Of a stretch of 64,000 nucleotides of DNA, positions 30,260-45,235 are shown one piece after another. Below the pieces are notes generated by a model. The model was not told where the DNA came from and ran no database searches. It saw nothing but the letters and a program-made list of their open reading frames with translations. Each line of letters opens with the position of its first letter. Position 1 is the first letter of the stretch. The position numbers and the translations under genes were made by a program. The DNA comes from Octopus vulgaris (Eukaryota), in contig OX597820.1 of the NCBI GenBank assembly GCA_951406725.2, positions 5,394,001 to 5,458,000 on the forward strand, in the 5' to 3' direction.

Positions 30260-30474
30260 TCGTTTCCTCCACACACTGAACTTTATTTTCTTAACCTCAT
30301 TCACAACAATCCAAAGTTTTTCTCCAACTTCCTCCTTTCCTCCTCCGACAATGAGTCCTGCACCACACATTGTCACTCTCCACTCTGGATAATGCCTGAA
30401 TATATCCAAAACTGCGCGTCACTGTAGCGTTGAGTTTTCTATTGAAAAGAAGACAACAACAAAAAAAAAAAAGA

Positions 30475-30487
30475 GGAAGTGACGTCA
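30475..30487 (+). promoter_or_regulatory. Overlapping ETS-CRE composite motif GGAAGTGACGTCA
   Basis: Exact GGAAGT plus palindromic TGACGTCA after a poly-A tract in unique DNA. Confidence 0.4.
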
Positions 30488-30652
30488 GAGCAGCTGATGA
30501 TTGTTTCTGTTTGTGTGCTGAGAGGTGATGCGAAGGAGGCACTCCACAGATGGTTATCGAGCCTTGAGATGTTGTGATGCTTGCTAGGTGGTGACTTTTG
30601 CCAGGCAGCATAAACGACGTCTGTTCAGAAACGAGGAAACTACAGCGACAGA

Positions 30653-30684
<32 letters not shown>

Positions 30685-31363
30685 TGACAAAAAACAGCAA
30701 CAAGAAGAACAACAAAAACAACAATAAAAACAACAACAAAAGCAACAACAAAAACAACATAAAAAAATATCAACAAAAAATAATTGCAACTGAAGCAGAA
30801 ACTAAAAAATAAAAAAAAAAGAAGCCAGAAAAATGTTATTTGTTGTTATTTAGATTATGTAGATGTAAACATTGACACTGGTTTGGTCATTGGGGAGACG
30901 ACTGCGATGTAGGAACGTCGACATTTGACCAGCGCCATTTTAAAAGCATTTCAACGTAATGATCAAAGTAAAGAGAGGCTGTTGAGGGGTAATCTAAGTG
31001 ATTCATATTACTAAGGACGGCGGTAACTGTAAAACGATTCTCTTCTGAAGAGATGAAAAGAATTATTTGGGTGAGAGATGGCGAGTTCAAACAGAACGGG
31101 ACTCACTGATATGCTTTTAATATTTGTACGTTTTTTTTTTGTTGTTGTTGCTCTTTGTGTATGTGTGTGTGCGAGCGAGCGAGTATAATTTTTTACAAGA
31201 ATTCACGTCAGATGCAAATTTGTTTTTCTTATATATATATATGTATTAACGCATTTATCATATTTATGTTATTTATAAATTGGTGTTTTGTTATATGTGT
31301 GCGTGCGCGCGTGCGTGTGAGAGTATCTGTGTGTGTGTGCATGTATATGTACCTATACATATG

Positions 31364-31450
<87 letters not shown>

Positions 31451-31554
31451 GGCATACATATTTAGATATACATATAGGTAAGTATATATATGTATTATAT
31501 ATATATATATATAAATATATAAGTATGTATGTGTATAATATCTCTTCCTCTATA

Positions 31555-31610
<56 letters not shown>

Positions 31611-32744
31611 ATGATATGATATATGTATTTATGTATATTTATGTGTATATCGCCAACATTCTTGCTTCATTTTCTTTTTTTCTTCTTTCCTGAATATTCA
31701 ATTCTTATATTTTCTTGCGTACACCACACACACACACACGCACACACACACACACACACACACACGTATTGTGAGTATATATCTCTGAGATGAGTCAACC
31801 ATATGGTTACGACTCCACACTACGTCACCATTGCGTTCTCTGTTTATATAGCTGATATCTGCTGTTAAGATTTTGTTCTTAGCTCTCGTTTGTGTTTCAG
31901 AACATATGGAACAGCAAGAATAATGAACCGGTGGAAGCTGTTTTCCCCTGGAAGTACCAACGTACAGATGGCGTATAAGAACAACCTCTTTAATGAAAAG
32001 AGATATGAAAAGGATTCGAAAACGCAATCTCTACAGAGCATCCGCTTCTGTTTCCCCAAACTTGGAAGATGACAATGGAACGGAAGAAATTTATTTGGCT
32101 CAAAGACAGACTGGAATATGACCATTGTTACTCGTGTCTTTGTTTCTATTGTTTCATGAATTGATTATCAAGATTTAGCCGAAGAGTCACAAGCTGAAAT
32201 ATTTAATTCGATTCTGATCTGAAGTTATAAACCGGCTGTATTCATGGCCAAACCATAACACATCAATTGACATTCTATAACACACATCTCTCTCTCTTAC
32301 GGGAATCGAACTTCTGTTTGTTTGTATGTGTGTTCCTTGATTTTAGACTAAATTACGTGTTTCCGCTTATGCACGCTTAGACATAAGCGTCAAGATGCAA
32401 AATTCCGTCCGTAGGACATGAACTCTTGTTGCTTCAAAAAATTTTGTTTATTATTATTATTCCAAGTTTTTAAAAAAGAGGTTGTAATCGTTTATTAACG
32501 GGTAGAAAACGAATGAACCGCACCAGCATCTCACTCCTGGACCTGTATGTGTGACTAAAAAACAAAAACACTGGTTTTTGTGACGGGGACCTAAACACAC
32601 CAGCAGCGGTTGTCAAGTAATGCTGGAGGACAGATACACAAACACACACACACACACACATACAGATGCAAACACATTCGAGCATATACATACATACAAT
32701 TTTGAGACAAACAAGCATTCATATCAAGACATACAGACAGACAA

Positions 32745-33075
32745 TCATCATCATCATCATTGTTCGACCGTGGTCGAGACAATGAAATTTACTATGTTAC
32801 GCCAGACTTCACGGTCCATCATAGCATTACCGAGGTCCTGTTGCTGGATGCCTGTATCCCTGGAGATTACATCAGGGTAGGAGAGTGTGCGCCCTCTGGT
32901 ATTGCGAGTAGATGGCTTCCAGAGGAGAAGAGTAGAAATTACCTCGTTTTCAGCTCTACAACAATGTCCAGCAAACTGGACTCTCTTACCTTTCACAAGA
33001 GATGACACGGGTGGTAGTTTCCCATATATTTGCATTTTGGTTGGATGACGCTTCCACGAGAGATTTTGAGCTTTC
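32745..33075 (-). mobile_element. RTE-like LINE 3' fragment with (TGA)n tail
   Basis: KRVQFAGHCCR...RGR...MMDREVWR C-terminal signature; stop runs directly into TGA repeats. Confidence 0.8.
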
Positions 33076-33769
33076 ATAAGGACAATGGAAGACGGGAAAA
33101 CAGGAGAAACACGCAACGGACGCGGACATGAATTTACATTCACCAGTTACCGACCGAATATCATCACAGTTTCGACACTTTCCGATAATAAAGTCCAATT
33201 TGGCGATGTCCGCAACATAAACTGCTGGGGAATGAACGAGTGGACATGACGGACGAGCACGAAGAGGGGGGAAAAAGCAGAAAGACAACTAAAATAACAG
33301 GAAAAGATGATATCTCTACACCGAACAGCAAACACGATGACTAATGAAGGGAACAGGGAAAATTACTAACTAACCAACTCACTAACTAAAAAACTAACTA
33401 ATTAACTAACTGAACGAATGAAGAAATAAATAAATGAGAACAGTGTCATTGAGTTTAGCAAATAAATGTCACATTCATGGAAGTGAAACTATTCCATGAT
33501 ATAAATTTTCTATCAGAACCGTTTTTTGTTGTTTTTTTTACCATTTTCTTCCTCAGTCTGTTTGATTGCGTTCAATTTCAAGATTGTTATACGGAGTGTT
33601 TATATATAAATCATTTTCTTGCCTGCTATTAAGACGTGTGTATAAAAATGTAAGTAAATAACAAGTGAGATAACATTCGTGAATTATATATACAATCTAG
33701 CTATCTATATAAATATATATAATAAATCTCTCTATATATACATTTATATAAATATATATATAATAAACA

Positions 33770-33811
<42 letters not shown>

Positions 33812-33838
33812 GCATATATACTTATATATATGCGTGTG

Positions 33839-33898
<60 letters not shown>

Positions 33899-33978
33899 TT
33901 ATTATTATTTGAGAGCATATTATTCCTAACTTACAGGGAAAATTCAATTTAGAAATACTAAATCAAATTTCACAAAAT

Positions 33979-34047
<69 letters not shown>

Positions 34048-34240
34048 TAGAAAAAAATCACCTTTTATCAATTTAAAATGAGCAATTAAATTACACCATC
34101 TAGAAAATTACATATAATAGAAATATTAAAATTAAAATATCAATAATATACCGAAGATTACGTAAATTGCAAAATAATAATAAAAACGTATATATTTGGT
34201 ATATACGTTATTATTATTAATATTATTATTGTTATTATTG

Positions 34241-37200
34241 TTCAGTAGTTTTATTTTTATTTTTATAGCGTGCTTTCACTTCACTACCGAGCGCAGCTCT
34301 GTGTGCCTTGGGTATGTGCTGTGATTTGTTGTGATGCTCTGATGGTTATTGTATGGAAAGTGTTCTGCGTAGGATGTGGGCAGTGCCTAGTAGTGCAATT
34401 TTCTGTATGTTATATGTGTTTGTAAGTCCTGGTGTTTTTGTTATGTATTTGTCTGAATATTTTTTTATCATGCCTAATGCACCTACTATGATAGGAATTG
34501 TTTCTGTTTTCAGATTCCACATTCTAGTTACCTCTATTTCCAGGTCTTTGTATTTTGAGAGTTTCTCCATTTCTTTTAGAGACACGTTGTCATCTGCCGG
34601 TATTGATACATCAATTAAAAAGCATTTTTTTTCTTCCTGATCTCTGACAACTATATCTGGTCTGTTGGCCTTAATTTCTCTATCTGTGTGTATCGGCATA
34701 TCCCAGAGTATGGTTGCTTTCTCGTTTTCTGTGACCTTTTCTGGTGTGTGCCTATACCATCTTTTTTCTGTTGTTATTCCATAATGTTGGCATAGCTTCC
34801 AATGTATGTAGGTTCCAACTCTGTCATGTCTGTGAATATATTCCTTCTTAGCCAGGACTGGGCAGCTAGAGATAATATGATTTATTGTTTCTTGTCCATC
34901 TCCACATATTCTGCAGTTACTTGTAATATTTCTTTTCATTACATGTTTTTGGTAATTTCTGGTGGGGAGGCTTTGGTCTTGTGCTGCAATTAAAAATCCC
35001 TCTGTTTCTGCTTTGAGTCCTGAGCTTCTCAACCATTGCTGGGATTTTTCTTTGTCTATTTCTTTTGCGTTTAGTTTAGTGCAGTATTTACCATGAAGGG
35101 GCTTTTCTTGCCATCGTTTTATCATGGTTCGTTGCTGTTCTGTTTTTAGTTTGGATTTCATTTGTTTTATAGCTTTTGTTGTTTCTTCATCTTCTTCTTC
35201 TTCTTCTTCTTCTTCTTCTTCATGTTTATTAGGTGGTATGATTTCTTGTTTGTATTTGTCAGCTTCCTTAAATACTGAGAATAGTTTTTGTTTTGCTCGT
35301 GTTTTGCCGCTATCTGGATCAGTTTTCCTTCCTTCTGAAGTAGATATTTTTGCAGTCCTATGGTGGTTATTTTATAGTAGTTTTCCAGCTGTATAAGGCC
35401 TCTACCACCTTCTATACGTTGTATATATAGTCTTTCTATGTCAGATTTTGGGTGATGCATCCTAGATCCTGTCATTATTTTTCTTGTTTTCCTATCTATT
35501 TTGGTCAGTTCATTTCTTGTCCAGTTAAGGATATTGTAGCTGTAACTTATAACTGGGACAGCTAAAGTGTTGATACCTATTATCTTGTTTTTAGCATTGA
35601 GCTCTGTGTTTAGTATTGATCTAACTCGTCTATAATATTCTTTTATTTATTTTCTCTTTCATTTGTGTGTGTTGTGTCTTATCTAGTTCATGGATTCCTA
35701 AGTATTTGTAAGTTTGGCTTTGGTCTAATTCTTTTATTTCATTGGTTTTATCTAGTGCGATGTTGTTACTATTAACTAGTTTTCCTCTTTTCATGGTTAC
35801 TTTGGCGCATTTTTCTAATCCAAATTTCATATCTATTTCTTTGGTAAATCCATGAACTGTCTTTAATAGTGTTTCCAGCTGTTTGTCATTTGCAGCGTAT
35901 AGTTTTAGGTCATCCATATATAAAAGGTGGCTGATCGTTTTGCCGTAACATTTATATCCGCATCCAGTTCTATTTAGCATATCAGATAGAGGTGACAGTG
36001 CCAAGCAGAAAAGGAGTGGAGATAGCGTGTCTCCCTGGAATATTCCTCTTCTAATGGGGATGTCTTTGGTTTTCATGAGTCCCTCTTTTGTTTGGAGGTG
36101 TAGGACTGTTTGCCATTTATTCATAGAGTGCTCTATGAATTTTATGATTGTTGGTGCTACTTTGTTAATGGCTAGTGTTTCGAGGATCCATGTGTGGGGG
36201 ATGCTATCAAACGCCTTTTTGTAGTCAATCCAGGCCATACTGAGGCCTTTCTTCTTTCTGTGGCTGTCTTCAGTTATGGCTTTATTAATCATTAGTTGAT
36301 CTTTACAGCCATATGAGCCTTTGCGGCATCCTTTCTGCTCTTCTGGGAACAGTTTGTTTTCGTCCAGGTGCTTGTTCAGCCTTTGTGATATCACTGCAGT
36401 AAATGCCTTGAACATAGTAGGGAGGCAGGTTATTGGTCTGTAGTTTTCTGGTTTTTCTGTTTCATTTGATTTGGGAATTAAGATGGTTTTCCCCTTCGTG
36501 AGCCATTCAGGCATTGTCTCTGGCTCTGCTAGTACGTTGTTAAAGTTTTCAGCCAGCTTTTTGTGCATTCCTGTTAGATATTTCAACCAGAAGTTGGGGA
36601 TCTTGTCATGCCCAGGTGCCTTCCAGTTGCTTAGTCTTTGCAGTGCCTGGGTGACCTCTTCAGTTGTTATGGGGGTCCAAAGTTGTTCAGATGCCGAGTT
36701 TGTAATTTTGATACTCTTTTTTTTTTGGTGGTTCGTTCGCCGACCATATCTCTCTCCAGAATTCTTCCAATTCTTCTGCCGTTGGTGCTGCAGTGACTTC
36801 TATTTTATTTTTGCCCAGTTCTTGGTAGAACTTTTTGGGGTTGGAGCTGAACTTTTTGTTTTCTTCAAAGAAGCGTTGGCGTTTCTTGTACCGGCGGATC
36901 CTTTGTGCTTTGGCAAGGATATCTTGCTTCAGCTTTTCTTTTATTTCAGGCAAATCTTTCTCTGTCATGTTATATTTGCGGAGTATTTTTGTTCTCTTTT
37001 TGTTGCTCAGTAGCGTTGATTCTTTGCTGATTTCATTAAGAATCGACAGGTCTTTTCTAATTTTTTTTATTTTGCTTTGGATGTTATTTATCCACAGGTT
37101 TTGTTTGGGTGGTGGTACTCCTGTTTGGGCGGGTTTGGGTGAGTATCCAGCTTCTTTTGTGGCTGCAGTGGCTGCTGCGTATATTAAGTCATTTAGCTCA

Positions 37201-37349
37201 GTGATATCACTTTTTTTTGATTCAGTGGCTATCAGTTCAGTGACGGCTAGGTTTATGCTGTTTATAATAGGTGTTGTTATTTCGTTTATTTTGATTCTTG
37301 GGAGGTATGGTCGGTGGTCCATTTTGAGCTCTGTGGTTTTCAGTTCTTT
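34241..37349 (-). mobile_element. R4/Dong-like RLE non-LTR retrotransposon, 3.1 kb, 5'-truncated, intact 3' end
   Basis: ORF pieces 36687-37322, 35630-36586 (RT: NYRPITCL, QKG, DYKKAFDS, QGDTLSP, YMDD), 35167-35475, 34346-35161 (CCHC, RHD, PD..D, K..KY); frameshifts mostly in homopolymers; (AAT)n at both ends. Confidence 0.95.
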
Positions 37350-37360
37350 TATTATTATTA

Positions 37361-37414
<54 letters not shown>

Positions 37415-37544
37415 GGTGCTATTAAGTTGGACATGGCCTGGGCCAATAATGGCCGAAACCTATCAAAGTATCAAAGTATATATATATATATGCTAGAATA
37501 AGAAATCGAAAATCCTTGGTACAGTATTATATCTTTGTAAAATT

Positions 37545-38201
37545 GAATAGAAATAGCTTTTCTGATAATTCTTTCACTTTAATAATTAGATTTACTCATT
37601 TACTCATTTACTTGTTTCAGTCATTTGACTGCGGCCATGCTGGAGAACCGCCTTTAGTCGAGCGAATAGACCCCCAGGACTTATTCTTTGTAGGCCTAGT
37701 ACTTATTCTATGGGTGTCTTTTACCGAACCGCTAAGTTACGGAGACGTAAACACACCAACATCGGTTGTGAAGTAATGTTGGGGGACAGATACACAAACA
37801 CACACGCACACATACATATACATAGATATATACATATGCGACGGGCTTCTTTCAGTTTCCGTCTACCAAATCCACTCACAATTCATTGGTCGGCCCGAAG
37901 CTATAGTAGAAGACATTTGCCCAAGGTACCATGCAGTGGGACTGAACCCGGGACCATGTGGGTAGTAAGCAGCACAAAAGGTGACTCTGATGGGAGTTTC
38001 TCCTTTAAAAGCGGTTTTCAACCTGATCTTTTTTAGAGCTTGTTATTCACTGTTTAAAATAAACAGTCCTTATTTAAACAGTGGATAAGAAACTCTACAA
38101 AAAGTTGAAGGAGAAACTCCCATCAGCGTCACCTTTTGTGAACTTATAAACATCTATTTATTAAAGTGGAGAGAATTATCAGAAAAGCTATTTCTATTCA
38201 T
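37545..38201. repeat. Palindromic element interrupted by a SINE
   Basis: 37545-37590 pairs with 38155-38201; 37973-38005 pairs with 38107-38140; central hairpin 38030-38100. Confidence 0.8.
37605..37970 (-). mobile_element. SINE family B inserted in left arm of palindrome
   Basis: Homology to other B copies. Confidence 0.88.
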
Positions 38202-38354
38202 TTTTTCTAACATACACAGACACACACACAAAATCATATACAAATATATATATACATACACACTCACACACACATGTATATATATATATATATGTGTGTG
38301 TGTTGAGAAAAAAGGTCACCAGAATTTTGGAAGAAAATGTTTTTATTTATTCAT

Positions 38355-38395
38355 TATTATAGCACTTTCGTTCGTTTCTCGAACTTGTCAAATAG
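38355..38395 (-). ncRNA. Degenerate minimal hammerhead
   Basis: TTGACAA-GTTCG agaaa CGAAC-GAAA-GTGC-TA; stem II perfect, core and stem I eroded. Confidence 0.4.
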
Positions 38396-38671
38396 AATTT
38401 CCATATTTCTATTCCTGAGCGTTATGCTAATACATTTGTTTGTTTGTGCTCCACCTGCCTTCGTCTTTTGTTTATTTTCGTAAACCTTCCCGTTATATAT
38501 ATATATATAGAAATCCTGGATCTTGAATTATTCAATAACTTTTGCTTGTATATTTTGTCCCTCTGTCTTATCTCATGGTACGATATGAACACTTAACGTG
38601 GTTTTTATAGTCAGAATTTCGACTGCTATTTCGGCATGTTGGTGTCTCTCAGACACCCTCATTTTTAATTG

Positions 38672-38761
<90 letters not shown>

Positions 38762-38769
38762 TGTGTTGC

Positions 38770-38990
38770 ATGTGGTTATGGCGTTGCACTCACGATCCTG
38801 AGATTGTGGTTTCGTTTCCTGGACTAGGCGGCGCATGTTGTTCCTGACCGAAACACTTCATTGCAAGCTGCTCCAGTCCACTTTTCTGACAAAAATGAGT
38901 TCTACCTGTGACGGACCGGCGTCGCGTCCAGGAAGATGCGCCACGGAAGCCTCCTGTATGAGTCTATATGACTAGAGAATGATCCTAATC
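38770..38990 (+). mobile_element. Old tRNA-derived SINE (family D)
   Basis: GGTTATGGCGTTGCACTCACGATC..GGTTTCG head; GCTCCAGTCCAC..AAATGAGT segment shared with 47070-47421. Confidence 0.6.
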
Positions 38991-39044
38991 CGGTGTAACA
39001 TATATAAAAGTATATATAAATGTCTATATACATGAATAAGCACT

Positions 39045-39295
39045 TAAATGCAAGACAAAAATAGTACTCGAATACCGAAGATAGAGTAATATACTTTTTT
39101 ATATTATCAAAGCCGCAAAAACATCAGGAAAAAGCTGTAATTTGGTGTTTCGCTTTTCCGTTCATCGTACAGTTTTGATTAAGACTGGAATAAAATTGTT
39201 ATTTCATCGATCCCGTTGATGACAACTGTCCTACGAACGGGAATGTGAAACTCTGAGTAACTGTTTTTGTGGTGTTTTTGCAGCTTTAATAAAAA
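39045..39295. mobile_element. Fold-back repeat carrying two inverted degenerate hammerheads (39133-39174 minus, 39224-39265 plus)
   Basis: AACTGT-CCTACGA-AC..GT-GAAA-CTCTGAG-TA-ACTGTT and its diverged inverted partner; relative at 61825-61960. Confidence 0.55.
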
Positions 39296-39728
39296 AAATG
39301 TATATGTATATATATATATGTGTGTGTGTTTGTGTGCATGTATATATGTATTATGTATGTGTATATGTTTATATAAAAAGATATGCAATAATTTTGAGCA
39401 AATAACCGGTCTTTGCACTGAGGTTGATTCGTTGAACTAAAACCCCATCAAGGCGGTGCCCCAGCATGGCCGCAGTCTAATGACTGGAAAGAATAAGAGA
39501 AAAGATGGAAGATGAAAAAAAAAAAGACATTGATGAAACTTCCATCAGTATTTTAGGCTAATCTATTGTTCAGTCTGTTATTTACTGAAATTATTTTGGT
39601 GTTGTGTTGTACAATATGTTACCATGGTTACGCGGTATAGATAAATAACACCTGGTCACGTTGTTTGGCACGGTCCTTTTAACCAAACTAAACAGGAAGC
39701 AGCCACGGTAGCTGGTAATACAGCCAAC

Positions 39729-40030
39729 AATGGCCAGGAAGGTGTTAAAATGTCGAGGGATCTGGGAAACGGTTTACACCAAACATAGATAATTCGTACA
39801 CAACACAGAAGAGGAAGTACTTAAAATGGCGACCGATCAAGGAAACAGCAGAGTCTAAACACAGTTAAACTGATAGTAAATTATGAGCAGGAAGTTGTTC
39901 AAATGGCCGTCATACTAAGAGACGATTGCAAGCAGTAGACTGTAGTACGACGAAGAATGACCAGGAAGGCGTTAAAATACCGATGAATCTATGAAAGACA
40001 GAGTCTGAAACAAGATATGAATTCAGGAAA
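39729..40030. repeat. Degenerate ~76-bp tandem array with conserved AGGAAG-N4/5-AAAATGGCG-like motif
   Basis: AGGAAG at 39736, 39812, 39889, 39963 each followed by T(T/C)AAAATG(G/T)C-like; spacers diverged. Confidence 0.65.
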
Positions 40031-40204
40031 GATAACAAAACGTTTTTAAAAACGGTTTTCTTGAATTTTAAGTAAATATCTAAATAGCAAGTTATAAGAA
40101 ACCATAAAATACATACACATACACACACACACACACTCACAATATCTGTACGTGTGTGTGTGCAAATAGATTTTGTCTCACTAATCCATTCTGGTTATTA
40201 CTAC

Positions 40205-40246
<42 letters not shown>

Positions 40247-40345
40247 CTTTCTCTGTCTGTCTGTCTCTCCTCTTTCCTTTCTTTCCTTTCCCATACAGTA
40301 TTTTTAACTCGTCAAACACCTATCACTGTCACAAATTATCTGTTA

Positions 40346-40431
<86 letters not shown>

Positions 40432-40492
40432 GTTTGTCTCTTTCTCTCTGTCTCTCTCATTCCCTCTCCTTTCTCTTTCTCTGCATATGTAT

Positions 40493-40524
<32 letters not shown>

Positions 40525-40764
40525 GTGTGTGTGTGTTTGTGTGTGAATGTGTGACTGTGTGTATGCGTGTGCGCGCATATGTATATACAAAGAGAGAGAG
40601 AGAGAGAGATAGAGTGACAGAGACAGAGAAAAAGAGAAAGAAAGATACAGATAAAGTGAGGATAAAACTAGATAATACATTATCTATCTATCTCTCTCAC
40701 TCTCTCTCTATATATAAATACTTACTTATATATATATATATATATATAAAACTAGATAATACAA

Positions 40765-40828
<64 letters not shown>

Positions 40829-40837
40829 CATCCATCC

Positions 40838-40904
<67 letters not shown>

Positions 40905-40921
40905 CATCCATCCATCCATCC

Positions 40922-40963
<42 letters not shown>

Positions 40964-42288
40964 ATATCTATCTATCTATCTATCTGAGAGACCTATACAT
41001 CTATGTGCCTATACATCTGTCTCTATCTTTGTTCGAAAATTGTTCTGTCTGTCTGTCTATCTGTCTGTCTGTCTGTCTCTCTCTCTCTCGTCACCATCGT
41101 AAAGTCTATTCCTATTTATCTTCTCTCTCTCTCTCTCTCTCCCTCTGTCTCTATCTCCTTCTCTCCCCTCTTTCTCTCTCTCTCTCCAGTAAAACCCCTA
41201 ATCTCCTCTCTCTCCCCTCTCCCTTTCTCTCACAACAATTCCGCCATCTTCACAAATCTCTCCAATTTCACGCCGTTTAGCCGTTTTACTTTCTTCTTCT
41301 GATCCATTTTAACTCGTTCAAACTATTCCCACTGACAACTGGCTTTTCTGCAACACCTCATTATCTGCTCATTAGATAACCGATACTATAATTCCTCCTC
41401 GACACACACAAACACACACACACAAACACACACAGACACACACACACACACACACGTTTGTGCGTGTATAAATCACACACGCTCATGTTACCACACACAC
41501 GCACACACACACAGAAGCCAGTATCGCAACATAAACCATCCACTTCTATCGCATCTCTCTCCTCCGCTCCATCACCACACCACACCAACCCACCCAACCC
41601 CAGTCATTATCTTCAGCCTGAAGTCAGACATTTGTCTGTGACAAGACAGAAGAAAGGTCAAAGCGCTTGTTAGACTAGGAAGCTAACAGAAGCAAGAAGG
41701 AAGGTTCGGGACTGTTTGCCTCTCTTTGTCTCTAAAACTGTTTGTTTATGTTTATTAATACGTCTCATTAAGTCGTTCTCAATATACATACAGTTTTATA
41801 ATGTGTTTATACGTTTGGATTATAAAGTACATACATATATATATGTATAATGATGGGCAAACATTTACGTAGTAAGATGTACGCACGTACACACAAAAAC
41901 AGTCCATTTATCTATCTATCCATGCATTATATTGCACACACACAGAAATATATATATATATATATATATAAAATTAAAATCAAAATGAGGGTGAAAATTG
42001 GATATTAATTTGATAACATCAATTTTAACACCAGTGGTCTAGCGTATAAAAAACTGATATATATATATATAATATAATCAAAAAGGGTAATAACATAGAT
42101 TATTATTACCAGTGTCCTAGTACAAAAGACGAATTAGTCATTAGACAAAATATCATTCATATAGAAAAAGATTATTCATATAGCAATATAATTAAGGGCT
42201 CCCAAATAAGGATGCCTAGTGCTAGGGACACAAAAAAGGGATAAATTCATCGAGAGTGAAAATCAAAAACATTTACCAATAACGATAT

Positions 42289-42368
42289 ATCCCGGACTGA
42301 TCAGTTTCTACCTCTTTCTAGCAAAACAGACATAATCTGTTTGCTAAGACTGGCTTCGTCAGCGGGAC
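42289..42368 (-). ncRNA. Type-I hammerhead ribozyme with extended stem II, intact core
   Basis: GTCCCG-CTGACGA-A-GCC..TAGCAAACAGA ttatg TCTGTTTTGCTA..GGT-A-GAAA-CTGATCAG-TC-CGGGAT. Confidence 0.85.
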
Positions 42369-42726
42369 GCCTTTGTTAAAACGAGAAGCACAGAACGTTA
42401 GACCATGTGTTGATCTCAACGATTTGTAACTCTTAACTTTTCAAATCTCTGCGCAGACGCAAAATATACCCGGCGATATAGGGCATGCCGGGAAAAAATT
42501 TTACGCACAAATCTATCAAGTAATATGTGAATATAATCAAATATATATATATATACGTTTAAATATTTGTTGTGCAAGATTTTTTATGTGAAGTCGTGTG
42601 TTGAAACAGATATTGTTATATTTCGGAATGGTCATATTGCCAGTTTAGCAAAACACACGCACTATATATTTGGTGTTATTTTGCTTCAGTGATATTTATT
42701 TTTTACATTAATCTTAATCTTATTTC

Positions 42727-42770
42727 GGCCAAAGTTCTTTCGTCACACTCCTGTGACCGCATCAGTGGTC
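42727..42770 (-). ncRNA. Variant hammerhead (CUGAUGCG core)
   Basis: GACCA-CTGATGC-G-GTCAC aggagt GTGAC-GAAA-GAAC-TT-TGGCC. Confidence 0.6.
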
Positions 42771-43252
42771 CTTTGTTTTCTTCTCACTTACTTGTGTCTC
42801 TCCTTACTAACCGTCAGCCATTTTGTATTTCTATTGTATGTCTTCATTTGCGCATGCTTATATCTCTATGTGCGTCTATGTTTATTTAGTGTGTGTGGGG
42901 GGGATGCCTGTAATATTTGTATCTTCTGGTTATATACATTCTTGTAATTTGTATTTTGTTTTTGTTGTTGTTGCTTTTGTTCTAATTTTGTTCATGTGTT
43001 TACATCCACCCATTATTATCATTACATATGCTTGTATGTATGTATAACAACAATATTAGTAATAATAATAATAAATCTAATCGAAAAAAAAAGAAAAAAA
43101 AAAGAATATACATATACATATATATATATACATACATATACATATACATATACATATATATACATATATACACACATATATACACATATAGATATTCATT
43201 TCTATTTCTTTAATTACCTGTGTATTTATTATGTTTGCAGGATCCACTATTG

Positions 43253-43449
43253 TCATATGTTGTGGTGTGCGCTATTGCTCCATTCTAGTTTTCTATTCAG
43301 GCTAGGTTTATTTTCTATTATATGTGTAGCTTCTGTAATTTGTCTAATTGTTGCATCTGTTCTATGTGTGGACAATATCTTAATCTCTATGTTATTGATT
43401 GATCCCCCGTGTTCTTGTTCGGCGTGTTGGTACAGAATCGATGAGCTTT
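43253..43449 (-). pseudogene. PLE GIY-YIG endonuclease, C-terminal part
   Basis: SSSILYQHAEQEHGGSINNIEIKILSTHRTDATIRQITEATHIIENKPSLNRKLEWSNSAHHNI* (R...EA..I....P.LN). Confidence 0.85.
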
Positions 43450-43523
43450 GAAAAGTTAAGAGTTACAAATCGTTGAGATCAACACATGGTCTAACGTTCT
43501 GTGCTTCTCGTTTTAACAAAGGC

Positions 43524-43603
43524 GTCCCGCTGACTAAGCCAGTCTTAGCAAACAGATTATGTCTGTTTTGCTAGAAAGAGGTAGAAACTGATCAGTCCGG
43601 GAT
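43524..43603 (+). ncRNA. Inverted copy of the 42.3-kb hammerhead, G8 mutated (CTGACTA)
   Basis: Otherwise identical to reverse complement of 42289-42368. Confidence 0.8.
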
Positions 43604-43610
43604 ATATCGT

Positions 43611-43757
43611 TACAAGACAGTAACATACGTAGGGGAAACTGCAAGAAGCATTGGTGAGCGGGTGAATGAACATTGGAGACAACTCAAGGAAGGTAAAAGC
43701 TCATCGATTCTGTACCAACACGCCGAACAAGAACACGGGGGATCAATCAATAACATA
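43611..43757 (+). pseudogene. PLE GIY-YIG endonuclease, YIG-containing part
   Basis: YKTVTYVGETARSIGERVNEHWRQLKEGKSSSILYQHAEQEHGGSINNI; overlaps in sequence with 43253-43449 fragment. Confidence 0.88.
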
Positions 43758-43879
43758 ACACTAAATAAACATAGACGCACATAGAGATATAAGCATGCGC
43801 AAATGAAGACATACAATAGAAATACAAAATGGCTGACGGTTAGTAAGGAGAGACACAAGTAAGTGAGAAGAAAACAAAG

Positions 43880-43923
43880 GACCACTGATGCGGTCACAGG
43901 AGTGTGACGAAAGAACTTTGGCC
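43880..43923 (+). ncRNA. Inverted copy of the 42.7-kb variant hammerhead
   Basis: Identical reverse complement of 42727-42770. Confidence 0.6.
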
Positions 43924-44037
43924 GAAATAAGATTAAGATTAATGTAAAAAATAAATATCACTGAAGCAAAATAACACCAAATATATAGTGCGTGTGTTTT
44001 TATTGGCTAAACTGGCAATATGACCATTCCGAGATAT

Positions 44038-45235
<1,198 letters not shown>

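Noticed and set aside
33086-33250. 54-codon ORF MEDGKTG.. in unique DNA
   Set aside because: No recognisable homology or splice context; length expected by chance
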